Counted from the first letter of the stretch, positions 8,613-18,654 are shown. The stretch is DNA of 30,733 nucleotides from Promethearchaeota archaeon (GCA_019058295.1 JAHPZI010000008.1:68132-98864), one strand, 5' to 3'. Translations and numbers: made by a program. The notes: generated by a model from the sequence alone, not told the origin.

Positions 8613-8960
8613 ATGGCTATTACGTCTGAATTTAAGTGATAACTGTAATTTATTTATGTGGTTAATAATTCTTGTTTTTTGATAAGTTAAATAATTATAT
8701 TTTATTTTTATGAGTAAAAATTCTGATTTTTTGATATGATTGATAATTTTAATTTATTTGTTTAATGATTTATTGTTATTTTTAAATGTTAATTATTAAT
8801 CAAATTATTAATGATCAAGTATAATTTAATTTGGCATCTAATAAAATTTTTTACAAATAAATATTGGCGATAAATTCAAATTTAAATCTTAATGATTTTT
8901 ATTGAATTCTTATTTTTAATTAATAATCTTTCTCTTTAAAAAAAAAGTTTAATTTATTAA

Positions 8961-9986
8961 ATGATTGAAAGAATAGTTGTCCTAGGTGGGAAAGGCGGTG
9001 TGGGAAAGAGTTCCATAAGTGCAGCAACTGCTGTTGCTTTATCTGATCTCCTTCCAGATAAAAAATTTCTTCTCATCTCTTTCGATATGGCACATAATCT
9101 TAGTGATCTATTTGCATGCGATATTGGTGATAAATTAACTCCATTGACAAAAAATCTTTGGGCTATTGAACCAGATCCAGATGTTTATGCAAGAGAATAT
9201 ACAGATCTTTTCGCAAAAAAAATGCGAAGTTTGTTAAAAAAAATGCCAATTGTAGGTTTAATACCACAAATAAAAACTTTTATAGATACTACTTTTACAG
9301 CGGATTCCATCCCACTAGCCCTTAAAAATGCTATGTTTTTCCAAAAAATCTTAGATGCGGAGGATCTTAATGCTCAGGGTGTACAGTTTGATGTCATTGT
9401 TGCAGATTTTCCCCCAACAGCAAATATGGTAGCTCTTTTCGATATTCCAGAAGATCAAGTTAAAGTGGTTTTAAAGTATTCTTTAAACTTCTATAATTCA
9501 ATAAAAAATGCTCTTAAAGGAGTCTCAAAGATGTTTCAAAAAATGTTTCATCCTTTCGAACAGGAGGGAAAAAGAGTAAGTATCGGAGATGAAATAGTAA
9601 AAATGTTAAATGACCTGGAACAGAGAGGAGAACGTATATCAAATTTAATCCACGACGTAGGATCGCTTAGACTAGTAACAATTGCGGAGAAACCATCATT
9701 CGAGGAGATAAAAAGAGCGAGAGATTTGACTGAAAAATATATTAGTCTTGATGCGGTCCATATTAACATGATAACTCCTAAAGCAAAAAAATGTGACTTT
9801 TGTAATAATATGCGTTCTATACAACTTAATTATGTAGAAGATATAATAAATGAGTTTAATAAAACAAAAATTTGGCAATCGATTAGGCTAAAGGAAGAAC
9901 CGATTGGATTAGAGGGGCTAAGAAATCTTGCACGTGAAATTTATGGAGATGTGGGTGCAAAAGAAGTTTTATATCCTAAACCTTGA
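8961..9986 (+). CDS. Get3/TRC40/ArsA-family ATPase (single domain)
   Basis: Deviant Walker A GGKGGVGKSS, switch I-like SFDMAHNLSD, switch II-like DFPPTAN, C-terminal CDFC and EPIG.EGL. Confidence 0.88.
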   Translation: MIERIVVLGGKGGVGKSSISAATAVALSDLLPDKKFLLISFDMAHNLSDLFACDIGDKLTPLTKNLWAIEPDPDVYAREYTDLFAKKMRSLLKKMPIVGLIPQIKTFIDTTFTADSIPLALKNAMFFQKILDAEDLNAQGVQFDVIVADFPPTANMVALFDIPEDQVKVVLKYSLNFYNSIKNALKGVSKMFQKMFHPFEQEGKRVSIGDEIVKMLNDLEQRGERISNLIHDVGSLRLVTIAEKPSFEEIKRARDLTEKYISLDAVHINMITPKAKKCDFCNNMRSIQLNYVEDIINEFNKTKIWQSIRLKEEPIGLEGLRNLAREIYGDVGAKEVLYPKP

Positions 9987-10018
9987 ATATTTTAGTTTTT
10001 ATTAGAAAAGTAAGAAAA

Positions 10019-10044
10019 AACTTGAATCTTTCCAGATTTAAGTT
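10019..10044. terminator. Hairpin between convergent genes
   Basis: AACTTGAATCT-TTCC-AGATTTAAGTT, an 11-bp stem with one G.U pair on the + strand. Confidence 0.4.
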
Positions 10045-10093
10045 CAATTATGTTAGTTTTATTCATAAGATAAAAATCTAATCCTTTCATTCA

Positions 10094-11044
10094 CTAAAGA
10101 GTAAAGTTTCCATCTTTAAGTATTTCTTGTCCGTCAATTTCAATTGTTACATTTTTCATAACACCATCATGATGAATATTGCTATATACTTCACCTCCAA
10201 TGTTTAGACTTTTGCCAATAGCAATATGAGCAGTACCTATTCTCATTTTATCACCGATAGTCCCTGTAAATTGTTTTAATATATGATTTGTTCCAATTCC
10301 TAATTCAGCAATAACATTTCCATTCTCATCTGCATTTTTTATAATATTTCTAATTTTTTCTGCTTCTTCTTTTCCTTCGATTTTCACCGCTCTCCCCTTT
10401 TCAATTGTGATTTTTACTGGATTGCTAATTTTCCCAACTTTTTCAAAAAATACATCTATTATAGCTATACCTTCCGTTTTATCTTCTATAGGTGCTATAC
10501 AAGCTTCAGCATAATCTGGAACAGCCCCAAATGCGCCAGGAACTACGTGTCTAACTCTTAAAAGAGCTGAAACGCGATCTTTGATTGACATTACAAGATT
10601 AGTTCCTGCATTAGTCGAGATCCTTGCTTCGGAACCATTTGTTAAAATCTCTCCAAGTTTTTCAGTTAATTCAGTAATTTTATAAACATCTTCTTTGGTG
10701 ATATCAGTCCTTATATAAGGAACAGCCGCAACTCTTGCACCTTTTTGAATTGCTGCATTTCTCGCATTTGTTTGTAAAAAATATTGTATTGTAGTAAGAT
10801 TAAGTGTTGCTAAAACCACATCTGACTCACGCATCTTTTTAGCTATCGCCTCGGGAGGTTCACTTAGCAAGACTTCATTATCAACGGTTAAAATATTTGT
10901 ATTTGCTCCTAATAATTCTGCTTGTTCAGCTAAAAGTTTTGCTTTCTTAGAGAATCGTTTAGTTGTAATGATTAACACATTTTCATTTGGTTTTATTCCC
11001 ATGCATGTTTCCACAATTACCTTTGCTCCTTCACTTAAAGTCAT
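10094..11044 (-). CDS. M29-family (AmpS/aminopeptidase T-like) metallopeptidase
   Basis: GTNLVM, P..AE..IAP......G....D, IAELGIGTN, GTAHIAIG and IHHDGV motifs. Confidence 0.85.
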   Translation of the reverse strand: MTLSEGAKVIVETCMGIKPNENVLIITTKRFSKKAKLLAEQAELLGANTNILTVDNEVLLSEPPEAIAKKMRESDVVLATLNLTTIQYFLQTNARNAAIQKGARVAAVPYIRTDITKEDVYKITELTEKLGEILTNGSEARISTNAGTNLVMSIKDRVSALLRVRHVVPGAFGAVPDYAEACIAPIEDKTEGIAIIDVFFEKVGKISNPVKITIEKGRAVKIEGKEEAEKIRNIIKNADENGNVIAELGIGTNHILKQFTGTIGDKMRIGTAHIAIGKSLNIGGEVYSNIHHDGVMKNVTIEIDGQEILKDGNFTL

Positions 11045-11196
11045 TTATTAATCACAAAAATTATAGAATTCAAGAAATAATTATCTCATAGATATTCTTT
11101 ATGATTTAATTAAATTTCTTTATAAATGATAGATTGTTTAGATTATATTTAAATTAACTATGTAGATTTATTCTCATCCTCATTTAAAATCCGATT

Positions 11197-11814
11197 TTAT
11201 AGTTCTTCTTTATACATGTTTATACTTAGTATTAAAAGAAATCCTAAGATTAATATGAACGTTAACCACTCAAAAATTGTCGCATAAGGGTAGTGAATGA
11301 TACGTAATAAGAATATATATGCTATACACAATACAAAAGCAATGATAGCAATTATTGAAATACGTTTCCAATAAGAAGGGTGATTTCTTAAACCGACAAT
11401 GGCGAGTAGTATTACCAATTCAATACATATGAAATTTATTAGGCTCCAAAACTCATGTTCCACAGGAGCCAGATTGGTTGAATAAATTCCAATCATTACC
11501 ATCGAGAAACTATTGAATATTCCAATTATCTGTATAGCTATTATCGATTTTTTTACAGATGGCTGAGATTCATACCATTTTTTTATGCCAAGAATAAATG
11601 GAATTAATGCGATGCTCATTAAAAATAGGGATAAGGGGAATAGAAACCAACCATGGGGATTTTTCGTGGTATGTCCTAAGGAAGAAACCGAGTTTATAAA
11701 AGGCGAATATCCAGGATATAAAAAAGCAGCCGGAATTAAAAGTGAATAATAAAAGATATTCGTTAATATAACAGATATAAGATATAGGGGTAGCTTTTTT
11801 ATTGTTTTACTCAT
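11197..11814 (-). CDS. DUF998-like integral membrane protein
   Basis: About five TM helices with YPGYS.....VS.LG, IGIYS......H and a C-terminal FEW. Confidence 0.75.
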   Translation of the reverse strand: MSKTIKKLPLYLISVILTNIFYYSLLIPAAFLYPGYSPFINSVSSLGHTTKNPHGWFLFPLSLFLMSIALIPFILGIKKWYESQPSVKKSIIAIQIIGIFNSFSMVMIGIYSTNLAPVEHEFWSLINFICIELVILLAIVGLRNHPSYWKRISIIAIIAFVLCIAYIFLLRIIHYPYATIFEWLTFILILGFLLILSINMYKEEL

Positions 11815-11953
11815 ACTAATGTACCAATTGATTTTAGATGCATTCTCTAAATTTTGGATTTTAATAAATTTTTTTTTTATAATTTATGCCTGTGGCTCTT
11901 TACTTTATACTATAATTTAAATATAAAAAAAAGAAAATAGATGATTTTACTAT

Positions 11954-13222
11954 TTAAGTCCCTTCTTCGAATCCATGAATGTAGTTGTATTGTTCTTCTG
12001 TTAAAGTGTCAATCTCGATGCCCATTGATTTTAACTTAAGGAAACCAACCTTATCATCAATATCTTCAGGAACTTCAATAATTCCTGGTTTTAATGAATC
12101 CTTATTTTTAACTATATACTCGGACATTAAAGATTGAAGTGAGAATGACATATCCATAACTTCGCTCGGATGACCTTCGGATAGAACTAAATTTGCTAAC
12201 CGTCCTTTTGCTAATAAATATACTTTTTTTCCATCAGGAAAGATTAATTCCTCTACGTTGCTACGAATAGGTTTAATTTCTTTAGCATATTCATATAGTT
12301 CTTTGGTAGGTATTTCAATATCGAAATGTCCAAGATTCCCAAGAATGACACCGTCCTTGAGTAAATCAAACATCTCTTTAGTTGGTGTTATGACATGTTT
12401 ACACCCTGTAGCAGTAAGGACTATGTCTGCATCTGGAAGAGCTTTGGCAATAGGCATTACTTGATATCCAGCGAACCTTGCTTGGAGTGCTTTTATAGGA
12501 TCTACTTCTGTAACAATAACATTTGCTCCTAATCCTCTCGCTCTAAGTGCCATTCCTGAAGAACAATGTCCATAACCTGCAATCACGACTGTTCTTCCAG
12601 CAAAAAGAACGTGCATACCATAAATAGCGGATACAATACCTTGCCCTGTACCTAATTCATTATCAAATTGATTTTTACAACGCGCATCGTTTACTGGATA
12701 TAAAGGTACTTTTAATACACCTTGCTTCTCCATTGCTCTGAACCTTTTTACACCAGTGGTAGTTTCTTCTTGACAAGCAATTATAGTCCCAGATGAAATA
12801 AGTTCAGGAAATTCTTTATGGGCAGTAACTATCATGTCAGCTCCATCGTCAATTAAAATATTAGGTTTTGCTTTTAGGCATTCTCTAATACACCAATAGA
12901 ATTCTTCATCAGTATTTCCATGCCATGCAAAAACATTAACATCCTCCTTAACTAAGGCTGCAGCAACATCATCTTGGGTAGAGAGAGGGTTGCTCCCACA
13001 TAAATATACTTCAGCACCACCTGCTTTTAATGTTCTTGCTAAATTTGCGGTCTCTTTTGTAATATGTAAACAACCTGCAATTTTTATCCCTTCAAGAGGT
13101 TTTTCTTTCAGAAATCTTTCACGAAGAATTTTTGCAACGACAGGCATTTTATTTTCAGCAATATATATGGCTTCTTTACCTTTTTCTGCTAAATTCTCAT
13201 CGGCTACTTTATAATTTACCAT
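11954..13222 (-). CDS. ahcY: Adenosylhomocysteinase
   Basis: GCLHITKET, SNPLSTQDDVAAAL, DDGAD, EETTTGV, GHFDIEI, GRLANL and GHPSEVMDMSF motifs. AAGGTG Shine-Dalgarno-like sequence upstream. Confidence 0.97.
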   Translation of the reverse strand: MVNYKVADENLAEKGKEAIYIAENKMPVVAKILRERFLKEKPLEGIKIAGCLHITKETANLARTLKAGGAEVYLCGSNPLSTQDDVAAALVKEDVNVFAWHGNTDEEFYWCIRECLKAKPNILIDDGADMIVTAHKEFPELISSGTIIACQEETTTGVKRFRAMEKQGVLKVPLYPVNDARCKNQFDNELGTGQGIVSAIYGMHVLFAGRTVVIAGYGHCSSGMALRARGLGANVIVTEVDPIKALQARFAGYQVMPIAKALPDADIVLTATGCKHVITPTKEMFDLLKDGVILGNLGHFDIEIPTKELYEYAKEIKPIRSNVEELIFPDGKKVYLLAKGRLANLVLSEGHPSEVMDMSFSLQSLMSEYIVKNKDSLKPGIIEVPEDIDDKVGFLKLKSMGIEIDTLTEEQYNYIHGFEEGT

Positions 13223-13366
13223 TTAATTTATACACCTTTTTTTTGTATTCTATTAATTAATTACTAAAAATTAGTTTTAATAAAAATTTAAATATATTTT
13301 TAATCAAAGTGACATTTAATGGACTTAATTTTTATTGAATAATTAATGTAATTAAATGATATTAAA

Positions 13367-14341
13367 TTGAATGATATTAAATCGCAAAAAATTAATCTTA
13401 TTCTCTTAAAACAATTTAATACTAAATCAAAACCGGATATAAAAAAGATTTCCAGCAAGATTAATTTAAGTACGCAGACTATCAAGAATAGATTAAGTCA
13501 ATTAAGAGAGGAAAAAATAATAACTCGAGCTACTATAAATATTAATCCTAATTCTCCATTGAATTTGAAGTATGTTTTTCTTGAAATCAAGACTAACCCA
13601 AAAGAACCTCAACTTGTAAATAATCTAATAAAGATTCCGCAAATAAGAACTTTGGATGGCATTTTTGGGGAGTTTTCCTTGATTGGATTATTTATTTTCA
13701 GAAATTTGGAAGAATATCATCAAGTATTAAGCGTGATAGATGGTATCATGGCACGATCCTATTTTAAAAAATATCAAATAATAGAACCTATAAAGGTATT
13801 TAAGACAAATGGAATCGAATTACAAAACGCACTTATTAATCAGAAGGTAAAATTAGATTACGTTGATTATGATATCCTTTCAATTTTACAAGAAAATTAC
13901 AGCTTAAAATATTTATCCACATACAAGATTAAGGCTATTTTAAATGAGAAATATAAAAGAGATCCAGAAAGAAAAGAGATTTCTCAACCCACAATATATA
14001 ATCATATAAAGAAGCTCGAAAATGAACAAATAATCCTAAATTATACTATTAATTTTTATCCTAAAAAAATTGGTTTCAATGGAAAATATATAGTCCGAAT
14101 AAAACCAAAAGATCCTTCTAGATACAATGATTTAGCTCTAAAGTTAGAAAAAAAGAAAGAGATTACAGATTTGTTCAGGATTGGAGAGCAATATGGTCTA
14201 TTTGCAATTGTTCAAGTGAGTGAAATTGAAGATTATGGTAAATTTATAAGAGAATTATATGACACGGAAGAGATTGAAGATACATTTACTAATTTTATTC
14301 TAGATTCCTTAATTCCTTATACGAATTTTATAATTCATTAG
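13367..14341 (+). CDS. Tandem (two-module) Lrp/AsnC-family transcriptional regulator
   Basis: Two HTH segments (ISSKINLSTQTIKNRLSQL and ISQPTIYNHIKKLENEQII), each followed by a RAM-like domain (GEFSL, GEQYGL). Divergent from ahcY. Confidence 0.85.
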   Translation: MNDIKSQKINLILLKQFNTKSKPDIKKISSKINLSTQTIKNRLSQLREEKIITRATININPNSPLNLKYVFLEIKTNPKEPQLVNNLIKIPQIRTLDGIFGEFSLIGLFIFRNLEEYHQVLSVIDGIMARSYFKKYQIIEPIKVFKTNGIELQNALINQKVKLDYVDYDILSILQENYSLKYLSTYKIKAILNEKYKRDPERKEISQPTIYNHIKKLENEQIILNYTINFYPKKIGFNGKYIVRIKPKDPSRYNDLALKLEKKKEITDLFRIGEQYGLFAIVQVSEIEDYGKFIRELYDTEEIEDTFTNFILDSLIPYTNFIIH

Positions 14342-14387
14342 CTCTAAATCTAATATCTTCAAATAGGAAAAAGTATTTTATATTTCA

Positions 14388-14684
14388 TTGGTTGAAAACA
14401 TTGAAGTGAGTAATATAAAAGAGGATTTAAAAGAAAAAATCAATTTTGAGGCTTATTTTCTTTCACAAGAAGATTTACCTTACGACACTTTATGTTGGAT
14501 GCTTGCTGAAAGACAATTATATCAAAAAAACAACACAAAAGCCCCAAAAGAGTTAATAAAGAACAGAGCGGCAGAAATATTTTTTTCATCAACTCCATAC
14601 GATGTTCTCTGCTGGTTAATAGCAGAACTTAATATTTTAATTAATAAAGGGACTTTTGATGATCGCTCTAAATTTTTCGGGTAA
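14388..14684 (+). CDS. Small hypothetical protein made of two DUF2934-like helical repeats
   Basis: Internal repeat: KINFEAYFLSQEDLPYDTLCWMLAERQL and LIKNRAAEIFFSSTPYDVLCWLIAELNI. Confidence 0.7.
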   Translation: MVENIEVSNIKEDLKEKINFEAYFLSQEDLPYDTLCWMLAERQLYQKNNTKAPKELIKNRAAEIFFSSTPYDVLCWLIAELNILINKGTFDDRSKFFG

Positions 14685-14794
14685 AGATAAAAATATTCAA
14701 AATATTATTAGTCATTAAAAAAGCTATATCTTAATTTTATCTCTTTTTATATTATATTATACGTAAAAAATTCAAATTCAATGGAATATAAACA

Positions 14795-16864
14795 ATGAAA
14801 CCTTTATTCGAGCTTTTAGAAAAAAGAATTGCATTTTCTAGAAGTGGTCGGATTAACATAGGGAAAAAATCGAAGAAATTCATATCAACTCCGAATATTG
14901 TAATTCCAATTAAAAATATTTTAATGAACCAAATAGATTTTATTAAAGAATTTGAAAATCATAATATTTTTTTAATTTCATCAGAATCGTACCTAAAAAA
15001 AGATATTATTCAAGACAAGTTTAGAAATGCGGGATTTGTATATGCTCATCCAGGAACGTTAGAAAAATTTCAAGAAATTCTAAATAAAAAAATGAATCTT
15101 TTTTCAGAAAATAATATAGTCTCAATAATTCCTTTTAATATTCCAACAACGTCTATAAGTAAGGATTTTGCCATAAAAGAAATTGAACATTACCTTAATT
15201 CTGCTAATAGAATATTAATAAATAATCCAAATCTTAACTTCGGTTTGTCGATAAAAATATTTGATTATCATGATTTAACAAATCTTTATAATCCAACAAT
15301 TAAAAATAATGATAATGTTAAAATTTTAGTTTTATCTGATGTTTTTGATAATTCACTCAATTACAGGAACATAATTAAAACAATAGTTCAAATTAAACAA
15401 GATCTTGACAATAATCTCATTTTATTTGCATCAGGAAAAATAATACCTAAATTTTATCCAATGCTAATATATTTAGGAATAGATCTTATCGATAGCTCTT
15501 ATTTATTATATTTATCTTCTGAAAATTTTTACGACACAATAGAACACTTGCTTCCTATATATAAAATTAAATATATACCCTGTTCATGTGTAGTTTGCAG
15601 AGGTTCACTTAAAAATCTTCTAGAAGATAAATATTCATCAGAGAAAACAAGATTACTTTGCCTACATAACCTAATTACAGCAAAAAACTATTTAAACAAA
15701 ATAAAACAATATTTAAATTACGAAGATTTCCGTGCCTTTGTCGAAAAATCCTCATTAGACGATACCACATTAATTTCGATGTTAAAAATATTAGATAAGG
15801 AATGTTTTGAAATACTTCGATATGAAACGCCGATAGTTCAAGAAAATAAAATAATTAAATGCCTAGGGGCATCTTCTTATTATAGACCTGATTTTCAAGA
15901 ATTTAGAGAGAGGGTAGTCAAATATTTTTCTCCAGAACCATCGACTACATTAATTCTAATACTCCCTTGCTCTTCAAAGAAACCATATTCAGAGTCAAAG
16001 TCGCATCGACAATTTTATAAAGTAATAAGAAAATTTCCTGAATTCCCTAATTTTCAAGAAATTATTTTGACTTCTCCGCTAGGAGCAATTCCACGACAAT
16101 TAGAAAACATATATCCCGTTAATTCTTACGATATTTCGGTTACTGGCGATTGGGATAACGAAGAAATAAACATTGCTGCGGAGATGCTCGTTCACATTTT
16201 AAAAAAATATGATAATAATATTCCAATCATCTGTCATCTTGAAGGAGGATATTCCGAGATTGCCAAAAAAGCACAACAAAAGCTACAACATAATTTCTAT
16301 TTTTCTGATATTCACGAAAGACTTACTTCTATTGATTCGCTCAATTCATTGGAAAATTTAATAACAAATTATAAGGATAAATTTTCGCCTAAAAATGAAA
16401 TTCAAAATGGAGATTACTTACTAAAAACATGGATTCGAAAATTTGTAAAAATTTTGGATTATCAGTTTGGATTAGGGTCAGGTATGAGAATTCTTTCAGA
16501 TGGATTAATTCCGAGAAGAAATAAAAAAGGTAATAAGACTCAACTCATTGATCCTAAAACCAAAGAGTTATTAGGTGTTTTTAAACGTACTTCAGGACAA
16601 ATTGCTTTAACAATAAAAGGAGCTAATAGAATGGCACCATTTTCTAGTTCAAATATAATCATATTTAATGATAAAAAAATTCTAGGGAATACATTATTCC
16701 ACCCTGGAATCCTTGAATATAGCAATGATTTAATCCCATCAAATTATGTTTTAATTTTAGACCAAGATAAGCAAAATATCCTAGGTATTGGTCAATTAAT
16801 TGTGGGATCCAAATTTATAAAAAATTCGAAAACTGGGAGGATTGCAAAAATAGTTTCCTTCTAA
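14795..16864 (+). CDS. arcS: Archaeosine synthase subunit alpha (TGT-like, catalytic and PUA domains)
   Basis: LPCSSKKPYSESKSH, ILTSPLGAIPRQLE..YP...YDI.VTGDW, Zn site CSCVVC...HN and a C-terminal PUA-like domain. Confidence 0.92.
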   Translation: MKPLFELLEKRIAFSRSGRINIGKKSKKFISTPNIVIPIKNILMNQIDFIKEFENHNIFLISSESYLKKDIIQDKFRNAGFVYAHPGTLEKFQEILNKKMNLFSENNIVSIIPFNIPTTSISKDFAIKEIEHYLNSANRILINNPNLNFGLSIKIFDYHDLTNLYNPTIKNNDNVKILVLSDVFDNSLNYRNIIKTIVQIKQDLDNNLILFASGKIIPKFYPMLIYLGIDLIDSSYLLYLSSENFYDTIEHLLPIYKIKYIPCSCVVCRGSLKNLLEDKYSSEKTRLLCLHNLITAKNYLNKIKQYLNYEDFRAFVEKSSLDDTTLISMLKILDKECFEILRYETPIVQENKIIKCLGASSYYRPDFQEFRERVVKYFSPEPSTTLILILPCSSKKPYSESKSHRQFYKVIRKFPEFPNFQEIILTSPLGAIPRQLENIYPVNSYDISVTGDWDNEEINIAAEMLVHILKKYDNNIPIICHLEGGYSEIAKKAQQKLQHNFYFSDIHERLTSIDSLNSLENLITNYKDKFSPKNEIQNGDYLLKTWIRKFVKILDYQFGLGSGMRILSDGLIPRRNKKGNKTQLIDPKTKELLGVFKRTSGQIALTIKGANRMAPFSSSNIIIFNDKKILGNTLFHPGILEYSNDLIPSNYVLILDQDKQNILGIGQLIVGSKFIKNSKTGRIAKIVSF

Positions 16865-16984
16865 ATCTCCTAAAAAATAAATTAGTAAAAAAACTTTTAT
16901 TTAAAAATAAATGTTGACATTAAAAGATATCAATTGAACAATAAGATAAAAATAACTTTAAAAAAATATGAAAAAGGCTATTCT

Positions 16985-17191
16985 ATGACTCAAAAGAATC
17001 AGAATGATATAGATGAAGGCGGGATAATAGTTTTAGTTATAATAGCTTCAACTACTTATTTGTTTAGTATAAGTCTATTGATGAATAACAGCACTTTTCT
17101 ATTCGGATTAGTGATAAATTTTATTGCATATTTTATGGTCGCTGCTATTAGTCTCTATAAAAAAAGAAATAAGAAAAATGAAAGTGTCTGA
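16985..17191 (+). CDS. Small two-TM membrane protein
   Basis: In-frame ATG at 16985 of ORF 16934..17191 gives 68 aa with two hydrophobic helices and a basic tail (KKRNKK). Its stop overlaps the start of raSEA. Confidence 0.5.
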   Translation: MTQKNQNDIDEGGIIVLVIIASTTYLFSISLLMNNSTFLFGLVINFIAYFMVAAISLYKKRNKKNESV

Positions 17192-18269
17192 TAAAAAAAC
17201 TGATAACTTAATAGAAAAAATAAAATTTTTCAGAGTACAGACTCTAAAAAACATTAAACCATACTCTAAAGAACAATTAAATAAACCAGTAAGCTTTTGG
17301 ATAAAAAAAGATAGACTTCTAAATGAGATCGGAAAAGAATTTACAATCATTTTAAGAACTCGGGGATGCAATTGGGCTTTAGGTGAAACAGGAGGGTGTT
17401 CAATGTGCGGATATATACAAGATGCAAATATTGAAGATGTTAACGCCAATCAAATTATGAATCAATTTGATTACGCACTCCAAAACAAATTAGACGAGAT
17501 TGAAAATGATGAGTATAATTATGTAATAAAATTATTTAATTCAGGCAGTTTTTTTGACGAGAGTGAGGTTACTCAACAAGTTAGAACTCATATATATGAA
17601 AAAATAGCAGAAATTAAAAAATTAAAAGAAATTGTTGTTGAATCTCGAGTCGAATATATTACTTCTGAGAAGCTTAAAGAAATACGGGATTTCTTAAAAA
17701 ATAAATATATTGAAATTGGAATTGGTCTTGAAACTAGTGATGATTATATAAGAAATAATTACATCAATAAAGGCTTATTATTTGAAGACTTTAAAAAATC
17801 TGTTCAACTTTGTAAGGAATATGGCATTGGAATTAAGGCATATTTATTATTTAAACCACCATTTCTTAACGAAATAGGAGCTATAGACGATTGTGAAAAT
17901 TCAATAAAAACTTTAATTAATTTAAACATAAACACTATCTCAATAAATCCCTTAAATATTCAAAAAGGATCTTTTGTAGAACATTTATGGTATCAGAATA
18001 GGTATAGATCTCCCTGGTTTTATTCGCTTATAAAATGTCTTAAAAAATCAATAACTCAAAAGGATCTTAAAAATATAAGATTAGTATCAGATCCGTCAGG
18101 AGCAGGAACAAAAAGGGGTATTCATAACTGCTTAAAGAGAGAGTGTAATGAAAATATGATGGAAATTCTTAGAAATTTTGTATTAAATCAAGATTTAAAT
18201 TACATAGAAAAGCATTATAATACGTGTAATTGTAGAACGAAATATCAATTACAACGACACTATTGTTAA
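17178..18269 (+). CDS. raSEA: Archaeosine biosynthesis radical SAM enzyme RaSEA
   Basis: TRGCNW...GGCSMCGY, KLFNSGSFFD..E, VESRVEY, GIGLET..D..R...INKG, YLLFKPPFL.E and SDPSGAG..RG.HNC; downstream of arcS. Start moved to ATG 17178 (the track gives 17124). Confidence 0.92.
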   Translation: MKVSDKKTDNLIEKIKFFRVQTLKNIKPYSKEQLNKPVSFWIKKDRLLNEIGKEFTIILRTRGCNWALGETGGCSMCGYIQDANIEDVNANQIMNQFDYALQNKLDEIENDEYNYVIKLFNSGSFFDESEVTQQVRTHIYEKIAEIKKLKEIVVESRVEYITSEKLKEIRDFLKNKYIEIGIGLETSDDYIRNNYINKGLLFEDFKKSVQLCKEYGIGIKAYLLFKPPFLNEIGAIDDCENSIKTLINLNINTISINPLNIQKGSFVEHLWYQNRYRSPWFYSLIKCLKKSITQKDLKNIRLVSDPSGAGTKRGIHNCLKRECNENMMEILRNFVLNQDLNYIEKHYNTCNCRTKYQLQRHYC

Positions 18270-18355
18270 AAATTTCGGGAGAAAAACATTATCTTTAAAT
18301 ATAAACAATATTTTGTTAATTCATTACTTACTCAGCAACTAGGTTTGGTAATACT

Positions 18356-18604
18356 TTGAAAGGTTGGGTTAAACTAAATATATTTTATCTTGGCAAATCC
18401 AAAAAGAATCAAATCTTTAGGAGTACTCGTTGGAATCGGGCTAATGATGAAAAAATTTTTAGAAAAACTGTTTATAACGAAGAATACGAGAAAATTGGAT
18501 ACATTAAAGAAATTTTTGGCCCTTTAAAATTACCTTTTATATCGATTAAAACCATCCCCGGTCAAGAATTTAATCCCAAAAACAATCTTTACGTTAAAGT
18601 GTAG
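18356..18604 (+). CDS. gar1: H/ACA RNP subunit Gar1/Naf1
   Basis: V.......IG.I.EIFGP...P...IK core; directly upstream of tfb, the usual archaeal arrangement. Confidence 0.8.
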   Translation: MKGWVKLNIFYLGKSKKNQIFRSTRWNRANDEKIFRKTVYNEEYEKIGYIKEIFGPLKLPFISIKTIPGQEFNPKNNLYVKV

Positions 18605-18654
18605 TAAAAATATTTCAAAATACTTGAAATAGAATATAAAAAAAGGTGTAAAAC

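Noticed and set aside
11954-13222. ahcY as an inosyl-homocysteine-preferring or inactive variant
   Set aside because: It has HxTxE rather than the HxExK signature I recall for SIH-preferring enzymes, and the catalytic K, D and N of KxxFDN are retained. The other substitutions are minor.
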